Part shown: piece by piece, positions 56,528-64,000 of the stretch
Position numbering within the stretch: the stretch's first letter is position 1
How the letters are laid out: every line of letters begins with the position of its first letter
Assembly: GCA_030654195.1 (NCBI GenBank)
Contig: JAURXV010000155.1
Location: 13,580-77,579 of the forward strand
Length of the DNA: 64,000 bases
Source: Syntrophales bacterium
GTDB lineage: Bacteria > Desulfobacterota > Syntrophia > Syntrophales > UBA5619
Direction: 5' to 3'
Program-made: the position numbers and the translations under genes
The notes under the pieces: model-generated
The model's input: only the letters and a program-made list of their open reading frames with translations
The model's database searches: none
Told to the model about the DNA's origin: nothing

Positions 56528-58597
56528 TCAGGGGGTAACGAAGACGAAGAGACCGATCACGATCAGCAGGACGCCGATTATTTTCTTCAGCAGGGAAACG
56601 TAGCACCGATAGGTTTTCCCGTTCACCGTGACGCTTTGGAGCTCGATATACGGGATAGGGGAGCGGCGGTACCACCCGGTGACGGTGACCTGCTCGCCGA
56701 TGAATTTCCCCGTCCGGAACAGACCGAACAGAAACTCGATCAGGTGCAGGGGCTGGCGGTAATCGGCGAAGATGAACCCCGTTTCGTCCTGCAAAACGAT
56801 GTCCTCCGACCAGATCAGTCCCGGCACGCCCCTGCCGATCACCCGGCCCTTCAGCTTTGCCAGGACCGGACGGACATGGCTCACCTTTATTTTCTTCAAC
56901 AGCGCCGCAACGGTCATCGTGGCAAACACCCCGCCCCGATAAGCGTAGAGCGTTTCGATCAGGTATCCCGCGCCGAAACCGATCAGCATTCCCGGCAGGA
57001 AAAGATTGACCCGGATCAGTTCGGTCATGGCCCCGGCGATCAGCCCGATCCAGGGCAGAGAGATCACGAACAGATCGACGAAGAACTCGTCCCAGTAGCT
57101 TTCCGGCTGACGAAGATTGAACGCCAGCGGCGGCGGTTGCCCGTATTCGCGGGCCTGGGCGCACAGGGCCATGATCCGCTTCGCCGGCAGCGGGTGAGTG
57201 CCACCCCATTCATAGAACGACGCCCAGGGATTCCACAGATCCCACTGCATCGCCTGGCCGGCGTTGCGGATCTGGAGCTCGCCTCCCCCCCGGAGGCTCA
57301 TGATGGCTAGTCCCCGGGCGGCCGTCGGGTCAAAAATGCCGAAGGCCTTTGCTGAATCCAGGGATATCCGCCGTTTCCCATCCCCTTCCTCTTCTTTGGG
57401 TGATGGCCTGCCGGCCAGACCGTAGGCGATTTTCACCAGCGCCCCGGCAAGGGCGCCGGGCGATCCAGTGGCCTCGCCGCTGAAACGGTCCGCATGGTAT
57501 TCCCGGATCCGGGACAGATACAGCACGACATACTCGGAGACGACATAGAGGAGGTACGCCGCGGCCGCCACCATGGCCGCGTTTCCCTTTTTTCTCCGGT
57601 CGTCGCCCTTGGAACCCCGCACCAGCAGACGGTAGAGATAATACAGCATCACCGGTACGACGCCCGCCAGCGTCATCAGGAGGATGTCCCAGCTCCGGGC
57701 GTGCCCCAATTCGTGGGCGACGACGGCCTTCAATTCCTCCGGCTCCAGGAGATCCAGCAATCCCTGGGTCAGGACCACCCGGGCATTCTGCGGCGAATGG
57801 CCGTAGGTAAACGCATTCGGCGTCCCGTCACGGATGATGCCGAAACGGGGAAACGGCATATGATTTTTCCGCGTCACGGACTCGACAAATCGGACCAGGT
57901 CGGCGGGAAGTTGCCCCTTGCCGACCCACTCCAGCGACTGGATCCGGCCGAGGGTGAAATCCATGAGCCACGGCGACGCGATGAACTGAAAAAGGAGGAG
58001 CAACAGCGTGGCCAGAACCGCGAAATGGATGCTGACGTCGGCATAGAGGGTTGCCAGCACCAATGCCGCGAAAAGCAGGGCGTAAAGACCGGAAAAGACG
58101 ACAACCGATGCCAGCGCCAGATTGGGCGGACGGAGGACCGACGCCGCGGCGACGCCGGGAGTCATCGCTTCCGCCTCTCCCGCCCCGGCCGGCGCCGTCT
58201 CTTCGCTCGGACCGCCGGCGGACCGTTCCGCCAGGATGTCGAGGATCTCGCGGTAAGGATCCAGCGTTCCGCCCAGAACCCGGTTCAAATTCCCCAATTC
58301 AGCCGCATCGCACCACATCCCGCCGCAACGGGGACACAGATCCAGCGGGTCGCCCTTCTCGACGAGCGGTCCGTTCTCCATGAGGACATCCATGCACTTG
58401 AGACAGTTGATCTCCGATGCCCGTTTCTCCGCATCCTTCCGCGCCAGCATTTTGCCGATCTCCCGGGGATGCTCGACAAAATGGTAGATCTCCCCGCCAT
58501 CCAGCCACACCCCGTGCCCCTTGGCACAGGCATCGACCACGACGCCGCGGCGGGTCATCACCTGCGTCAGCTCTTCCCGGCATCTCGGACACTTCAT
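56528..58597 (-). CDS. M48-family (HtpX-like) zinc metalloprotease with two N-terminal zinc-ribbon modules and a C-terminal membrane/beta-rich extension.
   Basis: CPRCREEL...C.KGHGVWLDGGE and CLKC...CPRCGGMWCD are zf-TFIIB-type ribbons. HELGHARSWD supplies the HExxH motif. Multiple transmembrane segments are present. Confidence 0.8.
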   Translation of the reverse strand: MKCPRCREELTQVMTRRGVVVDACAKGHGVWLDGGEIYHFVEHPREIGKMLARKDAEKRASEINCLKCMDVLMENGPLVEKGDPLDLCPRCGGMWCDAAELGNLNRVLGGTLDPYREILDILAERSAGGPSEETAPAGAGEAEAMTPGVAAASVLRPPNLALASVVVFSGLYALLFAALVLATLYADVSIHFAVLATLLLLLFQFIASPWLMDFTLGRIQSLEWVGKGQLPADLVRFVESVTRKNHMPFPRFGIIRDGTPNAFTYGHSPQNARVVLTQGLLDLLEPEELKAVVAHELGHARSWDILLMTLAGVVPVMLYYLYRLLVRGSKGDDRRKKGNAAMVAAAAYLLYVVSEYVVLYLSRIREYHADRFSGEATGSPGALAGALVKIAYGLAGRPSPKEEEGDGKRRISLDSAKAFGIFDPTAARGLAIMSLRGGGELQIRNAGQAMQWDLWNPWASFYEWGGTHPLPAKRIMALCAQAREYGQPPPLAFNLRQPESYWDEFFVDLFVISLPWIGLIAGAMTELIRVNLFLPGMLIGFGAGYLIETLYAYRGGVFATMTVAALLKKIKVSHVRPVLAKLKGRVIGRGVPGLIWSEDIVLQDETGFIFADYRQPLHLIEFLFGLFRTGKFIGEQVTVTGWYRRSPIPYIELQSVTVNGKTYRCYVSLLKKIIGVLLIVIGLFVFVTP

Positions 58598-58797
58598 GAT
58601 TTTCCCCCGTACATTCGTCGCGTTCCGGAGACGCCCGCGGGCCGCCGGATGAAAACCAATGGTATGCAGGTGAAGCGCGATGAGCGTTTCTTTTGCTGAG
58701 GATTTGTATAAGCGATAACTCTTAACTTTTCAACAGGAAAATGGTATGTACGGTCCATCCTAATTTCTAAGGAGGTGCCGCCCTGAGAAAGCGAATC

Positions 58798-59946
58798 GTG
58801 ATCATTTTCATTGTCCTCCTTGTCGGTGTGGGGCTTCTCGTCTACTACGGGCAGCGGAAAGTCCGTCAGGGAGAACTCTTCTACTCCGGAACCGTCGAGG
58901 CCACCCAGTCCCATCTCTCCTTCCAGACCGGCGGCCGTGTCGTCCGGGTGGCGGTGCGCGAGGGAGAGGCCGCTACGAAGGATCAACTGCTCGCCGAATT
59001 GGATCCGGCTGAATTCCGCACCCGAATCGAACAGGCCAGGGCCAACCTCGACCGATCCCTGAGAGGCCAGGAACAGGCGGAGACCCTGCTCAGGGTCTAT
59101 GAAAAGAGCCTCCCCGCCGAAGTGGCCCGGGCCGAGGCGGGCGTCCGCGCCCTCGCTTCGCAGTTGGACGAGCTCCGGGCCGGAAGCCGGACGCAGGATA
59201 TCGAGCGGGCGAAGCAGGGGATGCAGAGCGCCGCATCCGTCACGGAGGACGCAAAGAAGAACCTGGCCCGGTACGAGAACCTCTTCCGGAAGGGAACCGT
59301 CTCGGAGAAGGAGCTGGACGCCGTTCGTCTCCGGCATGACACGGCCCTCCGAGAATACGAGCGGGGCCGTGAGACTTACGATCTCGCACGCGAGGGAAGC
59401 CGGCCGGAGACGATCCGCACCGGCGAGGCGAGGCTCGCCGAAGGACAGGCGGTGCTGACGCAGGCGCGAAGCAACCTGCTGCGGGTGAACGCCGCGAAGA
59501 GGGAGGTCGAGGCGGCCCGCGCCGCCGTCGCCGCGGCCCGCGCCGCCGTCGATCAGGCCGCGATCCAGACGGATTACACGCAGTTGAAGGCGCCCGGTCC
59601 GGGGATCATCACGAGCCGCAACGTCGAGCCGGGCGAGGTGGTCACGCCGGGGCGGGAGGTCCTGACCCTCTCCAGTCTCGCGACGGTCGACCTCAAGATC
59701 TTCGTGGACGAGACTCAGATCGGCAAGGTGAAACCGGGACAGAAGGCGGAGGTCCGCGTCGACACCTTCCCCGATAAGAATTTCGCGGGAACGGTCACGT
59801 TCATCTCCCCCGAGGGGGAATTTACGCCCAAGATCATCCAGACGAAAAAGGAACGGGTGAAGCTTGTCTATCTCGTTAAGATTTCCATCCCCAACCCCGC
59901 CATGGAACTCAAGTCAGGAATGCCCGCCGATGCCTGGTTACGTTGA
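58798..59946 (+). CDS. HlyD-family periplasmic adaptor (YbhG-like).
   Basis: An N-terminal anchor, a long coiled-coil hairpin, and YTQLKAPGPGIITSRNVEPGEVV. An in-frame CTG at 58783 sits 7 nt after AAGGAGG and may be the true start. Confidence 0.85.
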   Translation: MIIFIVLLVGVGLLVYYGQRKVRQGELFYSGTVEATQSHLSFQTGGRVVRVAVREGEAATKDQLLAELDPAEFRTRIEQARANLDRSLRGQEQAETLLRVYEKSLPAEVARAEAGVRALASQLDELRAGSRTQDIERAKQGMQSAASVTEDAKKNLARYENLFRKGTVSEKELDAVRLRHDTALREYERGRETYDLAREGSRPETIRTGEARLAEGQAVLTQARSNLLRVNAAKREVEAARAAVAAARAAVDQAAIQTDYTQLKAPGPGIITSRNVEPGEVVTPGREVLTLSSLATVDLKIFVDETQIGKVKPGQKAEVRVDTFPDKNFAGTVTFISPEGEFTPKIIQTKKERVKLVYLVKISIPNPAMELKSGMPADAWLR

Positions 59947-59953
59947 CGGAAAC

Positions 59954-59980
59954 GGGGACACCTTGCCGCAAGGTGTCCCC
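59954..59980. repeat. 27-nt hairpin GGGGACACCTTG-CCG-CAAGGTGTCCCC.
   Basis: It is the exact reverse complement of the element at 27436-27462 and lies just after the hlyD-like stop. Confidence 0.85.
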
Positions 59981-60082
59981 ATCCATGATGCCGCATCGTG
60001 TCCCTATCTTGAAGCGAAACGGGCGGAACCGCCGCTCCCGTCGGATCGGAGGAACGCTTCGGGAGCGCAGGGAGCCGGTGGC

Positions 60083-60853
60083 GTGCAGGAAGTCCCTGCA
60101 AGCGGCCCCTTCCTCCGGGTCGAGGGGGTCTCCTGCCGTTTCGGCGCCGTAGAGGCGGTCCGGAACGTCTCGCTGACCGTCGAGCGGGGGGCGATCTTCG
60201 GCCTTGTCGGCTCCGACGGGGCGGGGAAATCGACCCTCCTGCGGATGGCGGCGACGATGGTCAAGCCCGCCGCGGGCCGGATCACGATCGACGGCCTCGA
60301 CGTCGTCACCGACCGGGCGGCGGTCAAGGACCGGATCGGCTACATGCCCCAACGCTTTGGCCTCTACCAGGACCTGACGGTCGAGGAAAACATCGACTTT
60401 TTCATGAATATCTTCGGAATCCGCGGCACGGAGCGAAAGGCGCGGAAGGCCCTCTACCTCGGTTTCTCCAACCTTCTTTCTTTCACTGACCGAGCGGCGG
60501 GAAACCTCTCCGGTGGAATGAAACAGAAGCTGGGTCTGTCCTGCGTCCTCGTCCACGAGCCGAAGCTCCTCATCCTCGACGAACCAACGAACGGCGTTGA
60601 TCCGGTCTCCCGGCAGGAGTTCTGGGAGATCCTGAACCGAATGCGGGAAAACGGGATGACCATCCTCGTCTCCACGGCCTACCTCGACGAGGGCGAGCGG
60701 TGCGACCGGCTGGGCCTGATGCATCGCGGGGAACTGCTGACGACGGCCCCCCCCGCGGAGATTCGCGCCCGTTTCCCGAACCTGGAGGAGGCGATCATCG
60801 AACGGATCCGGGAGGCGGACGGAGAGCTTGCGCAGGATGCATTCAATATCTGA
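60083..60853 (+). CDS. ABC transporter ATP-binding protein (YbhF N-terminal-half-like).
   Basis: Walker A GSDGAGKST, signature LSGGMKQKLGLSCVL, Walker B LLILDEPTNGVD. GTG 60083 was chosen because it lies downstream of the hairpin. Confidence 0.85.
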   Translation: MQEVPASGPFLRVEGVSCRFGAVEAVRNVSLTVERGAIFGLVGSDGAGKSTLLRMAATMVKPAAGRITIDGLDVVTDRAAVKDRIGYMPQRFGLYQDLTVEENIDFFMNIFGIRGTERKARKALYLGFSNLLSFTDRAAGNLSGGMKQKLGLSCVLVHEPKLLILDEPTNGVDPVSRQEFWEILNRMRENGMTILVSTAYLDEGERCDRLGLMHRGELLTTAPPAEIRARFPNLEEAIIERIREADGELAQDAFNI

Positions 60854-61020
60854 GGTTCGTCAATGATGACGACCTCGTAACAAGTCAACCTTCCCTCCCC
60901 CTTGACGGGGGAGGGCGGGGGTGGGGGTGGTAAAAAATCGCCTTTCCACATGTTATTTTCCCCTCCCCTTCATCCCCTCCCGCCAGGGGAGGGGAAAATT
61001 TACTTTTTGCGAAGCCGACC
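60854..61020. repeat. Composite palindromic repeat filling the whole gap between the two ABC ATPase genes.
   Basis: A hairpin gaggttcgtca..tgacgacctc comes first. The G-run/C-run core is cccttgacgggggagggcgggggtgggggtgg ... cccctcccgccaggggagggg, related to 20823-20925. The tail tttttgcgaagccgacc is related to the 21987/28716 family ends. Confidence 0.65.
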
Positions 61021-61785
61021 ATGATGAATGATCACGCAAACCGCAATCCTTCGGCCATCGTTGTCCGGGAGCTCGAAAAGCGCTTCGGGGCCTTCACCGC
61101 CGTCGATAAGATCTCCTTCACGGTCCGGCCCGGCGAGATCTTCGGCTTTCTCGGTTCGAACGGCTCCGGAAAATCGACGACGATCCGGATGCTCTGCGGG
61201 ATCCTCACCCCCACATCGGGAGAGGCGAAGGTGGCGGGCCACGACATCGTCACTGAGGCGGAGGAGGTCAAACACGCGATCGGCTACATGTCTCAGAAGT
61301 TCTCCCTCTACGAGGATCTGACCCCCGCGGAGAACCTCCGCTTCTATCTCGGAGTATACAGCGTGCCGGAGAAGGAGTGGGCGGAACGGAGCGCCTGGAT
61401 CCTCGACATGACGCGCCTTGCGGAGGCTCGCGACCGCCTGACCCGGGAGCTTCCGCCGGGATTACGCCAGCGCCTCGCCCTCGGCTGCGCGCTGCTCCAC
61501 CGCCCGCGGATCCTCTTTCTCGACGAGCCGACCTCCGGCGTCGATCCGATCACCCGGCGCCATTTCTGGAATTTCATCGGCCGGATCGCCGGAGAGGGAA
61601 TCACCGTTTTTGTCACGACGCACTATATGGATGAGGCGCGCCACTGCGGGCGGATCGTGATGATCAACGAGGGGAGGATTGTCGCCGCGGGAAGTCCGGA
61701 GGAGATCATCCGCGGAACCTGTCCGGGAAAGCCGGACGCGGACCTCAACGACGCCTTCATCACGTTGATGAAGACCGGAAAATAG
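61021..61785 (+). CDS. ABC transporter ATP-binding protein (YbhF C-terminal-half-like).
   Basis: Walker A GSNGSGKST, signature LPPGLRQRLALGCAL, Walker B ILFLDEPTSGVD. Confidence 0.9.
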   Translation: MMNDHANRNPSAIVVRELEKRFGAFTAVDKISFTVRPGEIFGFLGSNGSGKSTTIRMLCGILTPTSGEAKVAGHDIVTEAEEVKHAIGYMSQKFSLYEDLTPAENLRFYLGVYSVPEKEWAERSAWILDMTRLAEARDRLTRELPPGLRQRLALGCALLHRPRILFLDEPTSGVDPITRRHFWNFIGRIAGEGITVFVTTHYMDEARHCGRIVMINEGRIVAAGSPEEIIRGTCPGKPDADLNDAFITLMKTGK

Positions 61786-61800
61786 GGAAGGAAACCAGGC

Positions 61801-62934
61801 GTGAATCCGAGAAATATCCAGGCGATCGCCCGCAAGGAGATCTACCACCTGCTCCGGGATTTCCGGAGCCTCTACCTGGCCTTCGCCATCCCGCTGCTCC
61901 TCATCCTGCTGTTCGGCTATGCGCTCAGCCTCGACGTGGAGCACATCGAGACGGTCGTCGTCGACCGGGACCGGACGGACCTGAGCCGGGACTTCATCCG
62001 CCGCCTCGGCGCCGGCTCCTACTTCCGGATCACCGCCCAGCTACCGGACACCAACGCCGTAACGGAGGCGCTCGACTACGGCCGGGCGACGCTGGCCGTG
62101 ATCATCCCCGCCGGCTGGACCGCCGATCTCCGGGCGGACCGGGAGACGACCGTTCAGATCCTCCTCGACGGCAGCGACCCCAATTTTGCCGGGATCTCCC
62201 GCGCCTACATCAGCGGCTTCATCGAGAACTACAACCGGAAGCTCCTCGCCGATTTCCTCGACCGGCAGGGGATGGAGAAGATCCGGCCGCCCGTGGAGGG
62301 GCGCATCCGGGTCTGGTTCAACGAGGATCTGGAGAGCCGGAACTTCATCGTCCCGGGGATCATCGCGATCATCATCATGATCGTCGGGGCAATGCTGACC
62401 TCGCTCGTCATCGCCCGAGAGTACGAGAACGGCACGATGGAGACGATCCGGTCGCTCCCGATCCGGGCGGGGGAATTCCTCGTGGGTAAGGCGATCCCCT
62501 ACTTTCTGATCGCCCTCATCGACGTCCTCGTTGCCGTCCTGATGGGGCAGACCCTCTTCGGCATCGTGATGAAGGCCAGCTTCTGGCTCATGATCCTTGC
62601 CTCCTCACTCTATATTCTGGTCGCGCTGACGCTCGGGCTCCTCATCTCGTCGGTGACGAAGTCCCAGATGGTCGCAAACCAGGCGGCCGTCCTGCTCACC
62701 TACCTCCCGTCGCTCTTGCTGTCGAACTTCGTCTTCCCGGTGATCAACATGCCGAAGGTCCTCCAGCTCGTCACCTACCTCGTCCCGGCGACCTACTACA
62801 TCGACATCCTCTCCGGGATCTACCTCCGGGATCTCGGCCTCTCCCACCTTTGGCCCGACCTGTTGATCCTGACGGGGATGTTTGCAATTCTCGCGGCCCT
62901 GAACGTCATCATCCTGAAGCGGGAGGGGCTATGA
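61801..62934 (+). CDS. ABC-2 type transporter permease (YbhS-like).
   Basis: An N-terminal transmembrane segment and a large periplasmic loop are followed by the ABC2_membrane region (IAREYENGTMETIRSLP). Confidence 0.85.
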   Translation: MNPRNIQAIARKEIYHLLRDFRSLYLAFAIPLLLILLFGYALSLDVEHIETVVVDRDRTDLSRDFIRRLGAGSYFRITAQLPDTNAVTEALDYGRATLAVIIPAGWTADLRADRETTVQILLDGSDPNFAGISRAYISGFIENYNRKLLADFLDRQGMEKIRPPVEGRIRVWFNEDLESRNFIVPGIIAIIIMIVGAMLTSLVIAREYENGTMETIRSLPIRAGEFLVGKAIPYFLIALIDVLVAVLMGQTLFGIVMKASFWLMILASSLYILVALTLGLLISSVTKSQMVANQAAVLLTYLPSLLLSNFVFPVINMPKVLQLVTYLVPATYYIDILSGIYLRDLGLSHLWPDLLILTGMFAILAALNVIILKREGL

Positions 62935-64000
62935 GCTGGCTTCGCATCCGGGAAATGGTCCGCAAGGAATTCATCCAGCTCTTCCGCGACAAGAGGAACC
63001 GTCCGATCCTGATCCTGGCGCCGCTGATCCAGCTCCTCGTCTTCGGCTACGTGGTCAACTACGACATCAAAGACATCCGCGTCGCGCTGATCGACCAGGC
63101 ACAGACCCGGGAAAGCCGACTTCTCGCCGAAGCCTTCACCGCGGGCGGGATCTTCCGGATCACCCACCGGCCGACGGACGCCCGCGGCATGGAGGAGCTG
63201 TTTCTGAAGGGAAAGGCCGACATCGGGATCCGGATCCCCCCCGATTTCAGCAGCCGCATCCGCCGGGGGGAGACGGCCGACGTCCAGATCCTGGCCGACG
63301 GCGGAATGAGCAACATGGCCTCCATCCGGATCTCCTACGCAGTGATGATCCTCGACCGGCTGAACACGGAGCTGGTCCGCGAGCTCTATGGTCGCGACCT
63401 CCGTTACGGGAAGATCGACGCCCGCATCCGGACCTGGTACAACCCGAACCTCGACAGCCAGAACTTCTTCGTCCCGGGGATCGTCGCCTTCGTAATCATG
63501 CTGATCTCGCTGCTTCTGACCTCCATCGCGATCATCAAGGAACGGGAAAACGGGACTATGGAGCAGCTCATCGTGACGCCGCTGAAACCGATCGAACTGA
63601 TCATCGGCAAGACCATCCCCTATACGATCATCGCGATCGGCCAGATGGTCCTCGTCATGCTGTTCGCGCTGAATTGGTTCGATGTCCCGCTGGCGGGGAG
63701 CGTCCTCGACCTCTTCCTGGCGACCTGCCTGTTTCTGTTGAGCACCCTGGGCATCGGGCTCTTCATCTCAACGGTGTCGAAGACCCAGCAGCAGGCGATG
63801 ATGACGACATTCTTCTTCATCCTCCCCTTCTTCATGCTCTCCGGCTTCGTCTTTCCCATCGCTAACATGCCCACGGTCGTCCAGTGGTTGACATATCTCA
63901 ACCCGTTGCGCTATTTTCTCGTCATCATCCGCGGGATCTTTCTCAAGGGGGTGGGGCTGCAAATCCTCTGGCCCCAGTACGTCGCCCTGGCCGTTCTCGG
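62931..64000 (+). CDS. ABC-2 type transporter permease (YbhR-like), 3'-partial at the window edge.
   Basis: My own translation from ATG 62931, which overlaps the previous stop (ATGA), reads MSWLRIREMVRKEFIQLFRDKRNRPILILAPLIQL...IIKERENGTMEQLIVTPLKP... The frame stays open to nt 64000. This ORF is not in the supplied track. Confidence 0.8.
   Translation, partial: MSWLRIREMVRKEFIQLFRDKRNRPILILAPLIQLLVFGYVVNYDIKDIRVALIDQAQTRESRLLAEAFTAGGIFRITHRPTDARGMEELFLKGKADIGIRIPPDFSSRIRRGETADVQILADGGMSNMASIRISYAVMILDRLNTELVRELYGRDLRYGKIDARIRTWYNPNLDSQNFFVPGIVAFVIMLISLLLTSIAIIKERENGTMEQLIVTPLKPIELIIGKTIPYTIIAIGQMVLVMLFALNWFDVPLAGSVLDLFLATCLFLLSTLGIGLFISTVSKTQQQAMMTTFFFILPFFMLSGFVFPIANMPTVVQWLTYLNPLRYFLVIIRGIFLKGVGLQILWPQYVALAVL

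Noticed and set aside
59864-60082. N-terminal 73 codons of the track ORF for the first ABC ATPase.
   Set aside because: This stretch overlaps the hlyD-like gene end and reads through the 27-nt hairpin repeat. The conserved ABC domain starts after GTG 60083.

Overview
This 64-kb window looks like chromosome from a GC-rich bacterium. The gene content and intergenic repeat families suggest a deltaproteobacterium or Syntrophales-like organism, but that is inference only and cannot be verified here.

The core is housekeeping:
- MacB/FtsX-type ABC transporter (7.5-10.6 kb).
- Aromatic-acid style catabolic cluster (10.8-20.7 kb): AMP-forming CoA ligase, a three-subunit molybdenum hydroxylase of the 4-hydroxybenzoyl-CoA-reductase type, a binding protein, a Cache-HAMP-PP2C sensor and an acyl-CoA dehydrogenase.
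- NUDIX hydrolase, SDR oxidoreductase, tRNA-Leu(CAA), tRNA-Ala(GGC) and ppiD.
- mreBCD-mrdA-rodA-bactofilin.
- atpF'FHAGDC, greA, moaA, a methyltransferase and an AmmeMemoRadiSam-type radical SAM enzyme.
- smc, an Ntn hydrolase, an M48 protease and a YbhGFSR-like HlyD/ABC-2 exporter that runs off the right edge.

Three AT-richer accessory patches interrupt this core:
1. 1-7.3 kb: COG2865-type (HATPase_c_4/wHTH) proteins, one fused to DUF4062; a duplicated XRE gene 5' end; a methylase N-terminal relic; and a 1389-aa glycosyltransferase-STAND NTPase-TPR protein. That protein is my best candidate for an undescribed NLR-like conflict system.
2. 23.4-25.7 kb: an orphan low-GC 760-aa protein with a class III nucleotidyl-cyclase-like domain, next to the two tRNAs.
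3. 43.5-51.3 kb: a decayed island. It holds a cfa pseudogene, a PIN/RHH toxin-antitoxin pair and a UvrD C-terminal fragment. A same-strand set of four genes follows (TPR protein, HEPN-like protein with a ParA N-terminal relic, orphan 310-aa protein, DEDDh exonuclease-DUF1566 fusion), and then another truncated COG2865 gene.

Several families of structured intergenic palindromic repeats are scattered through the window. I recognised no rRNA, CRISPR array, integrase or transposase. All functional calls rest on motif recognition by eye; no database search was run.
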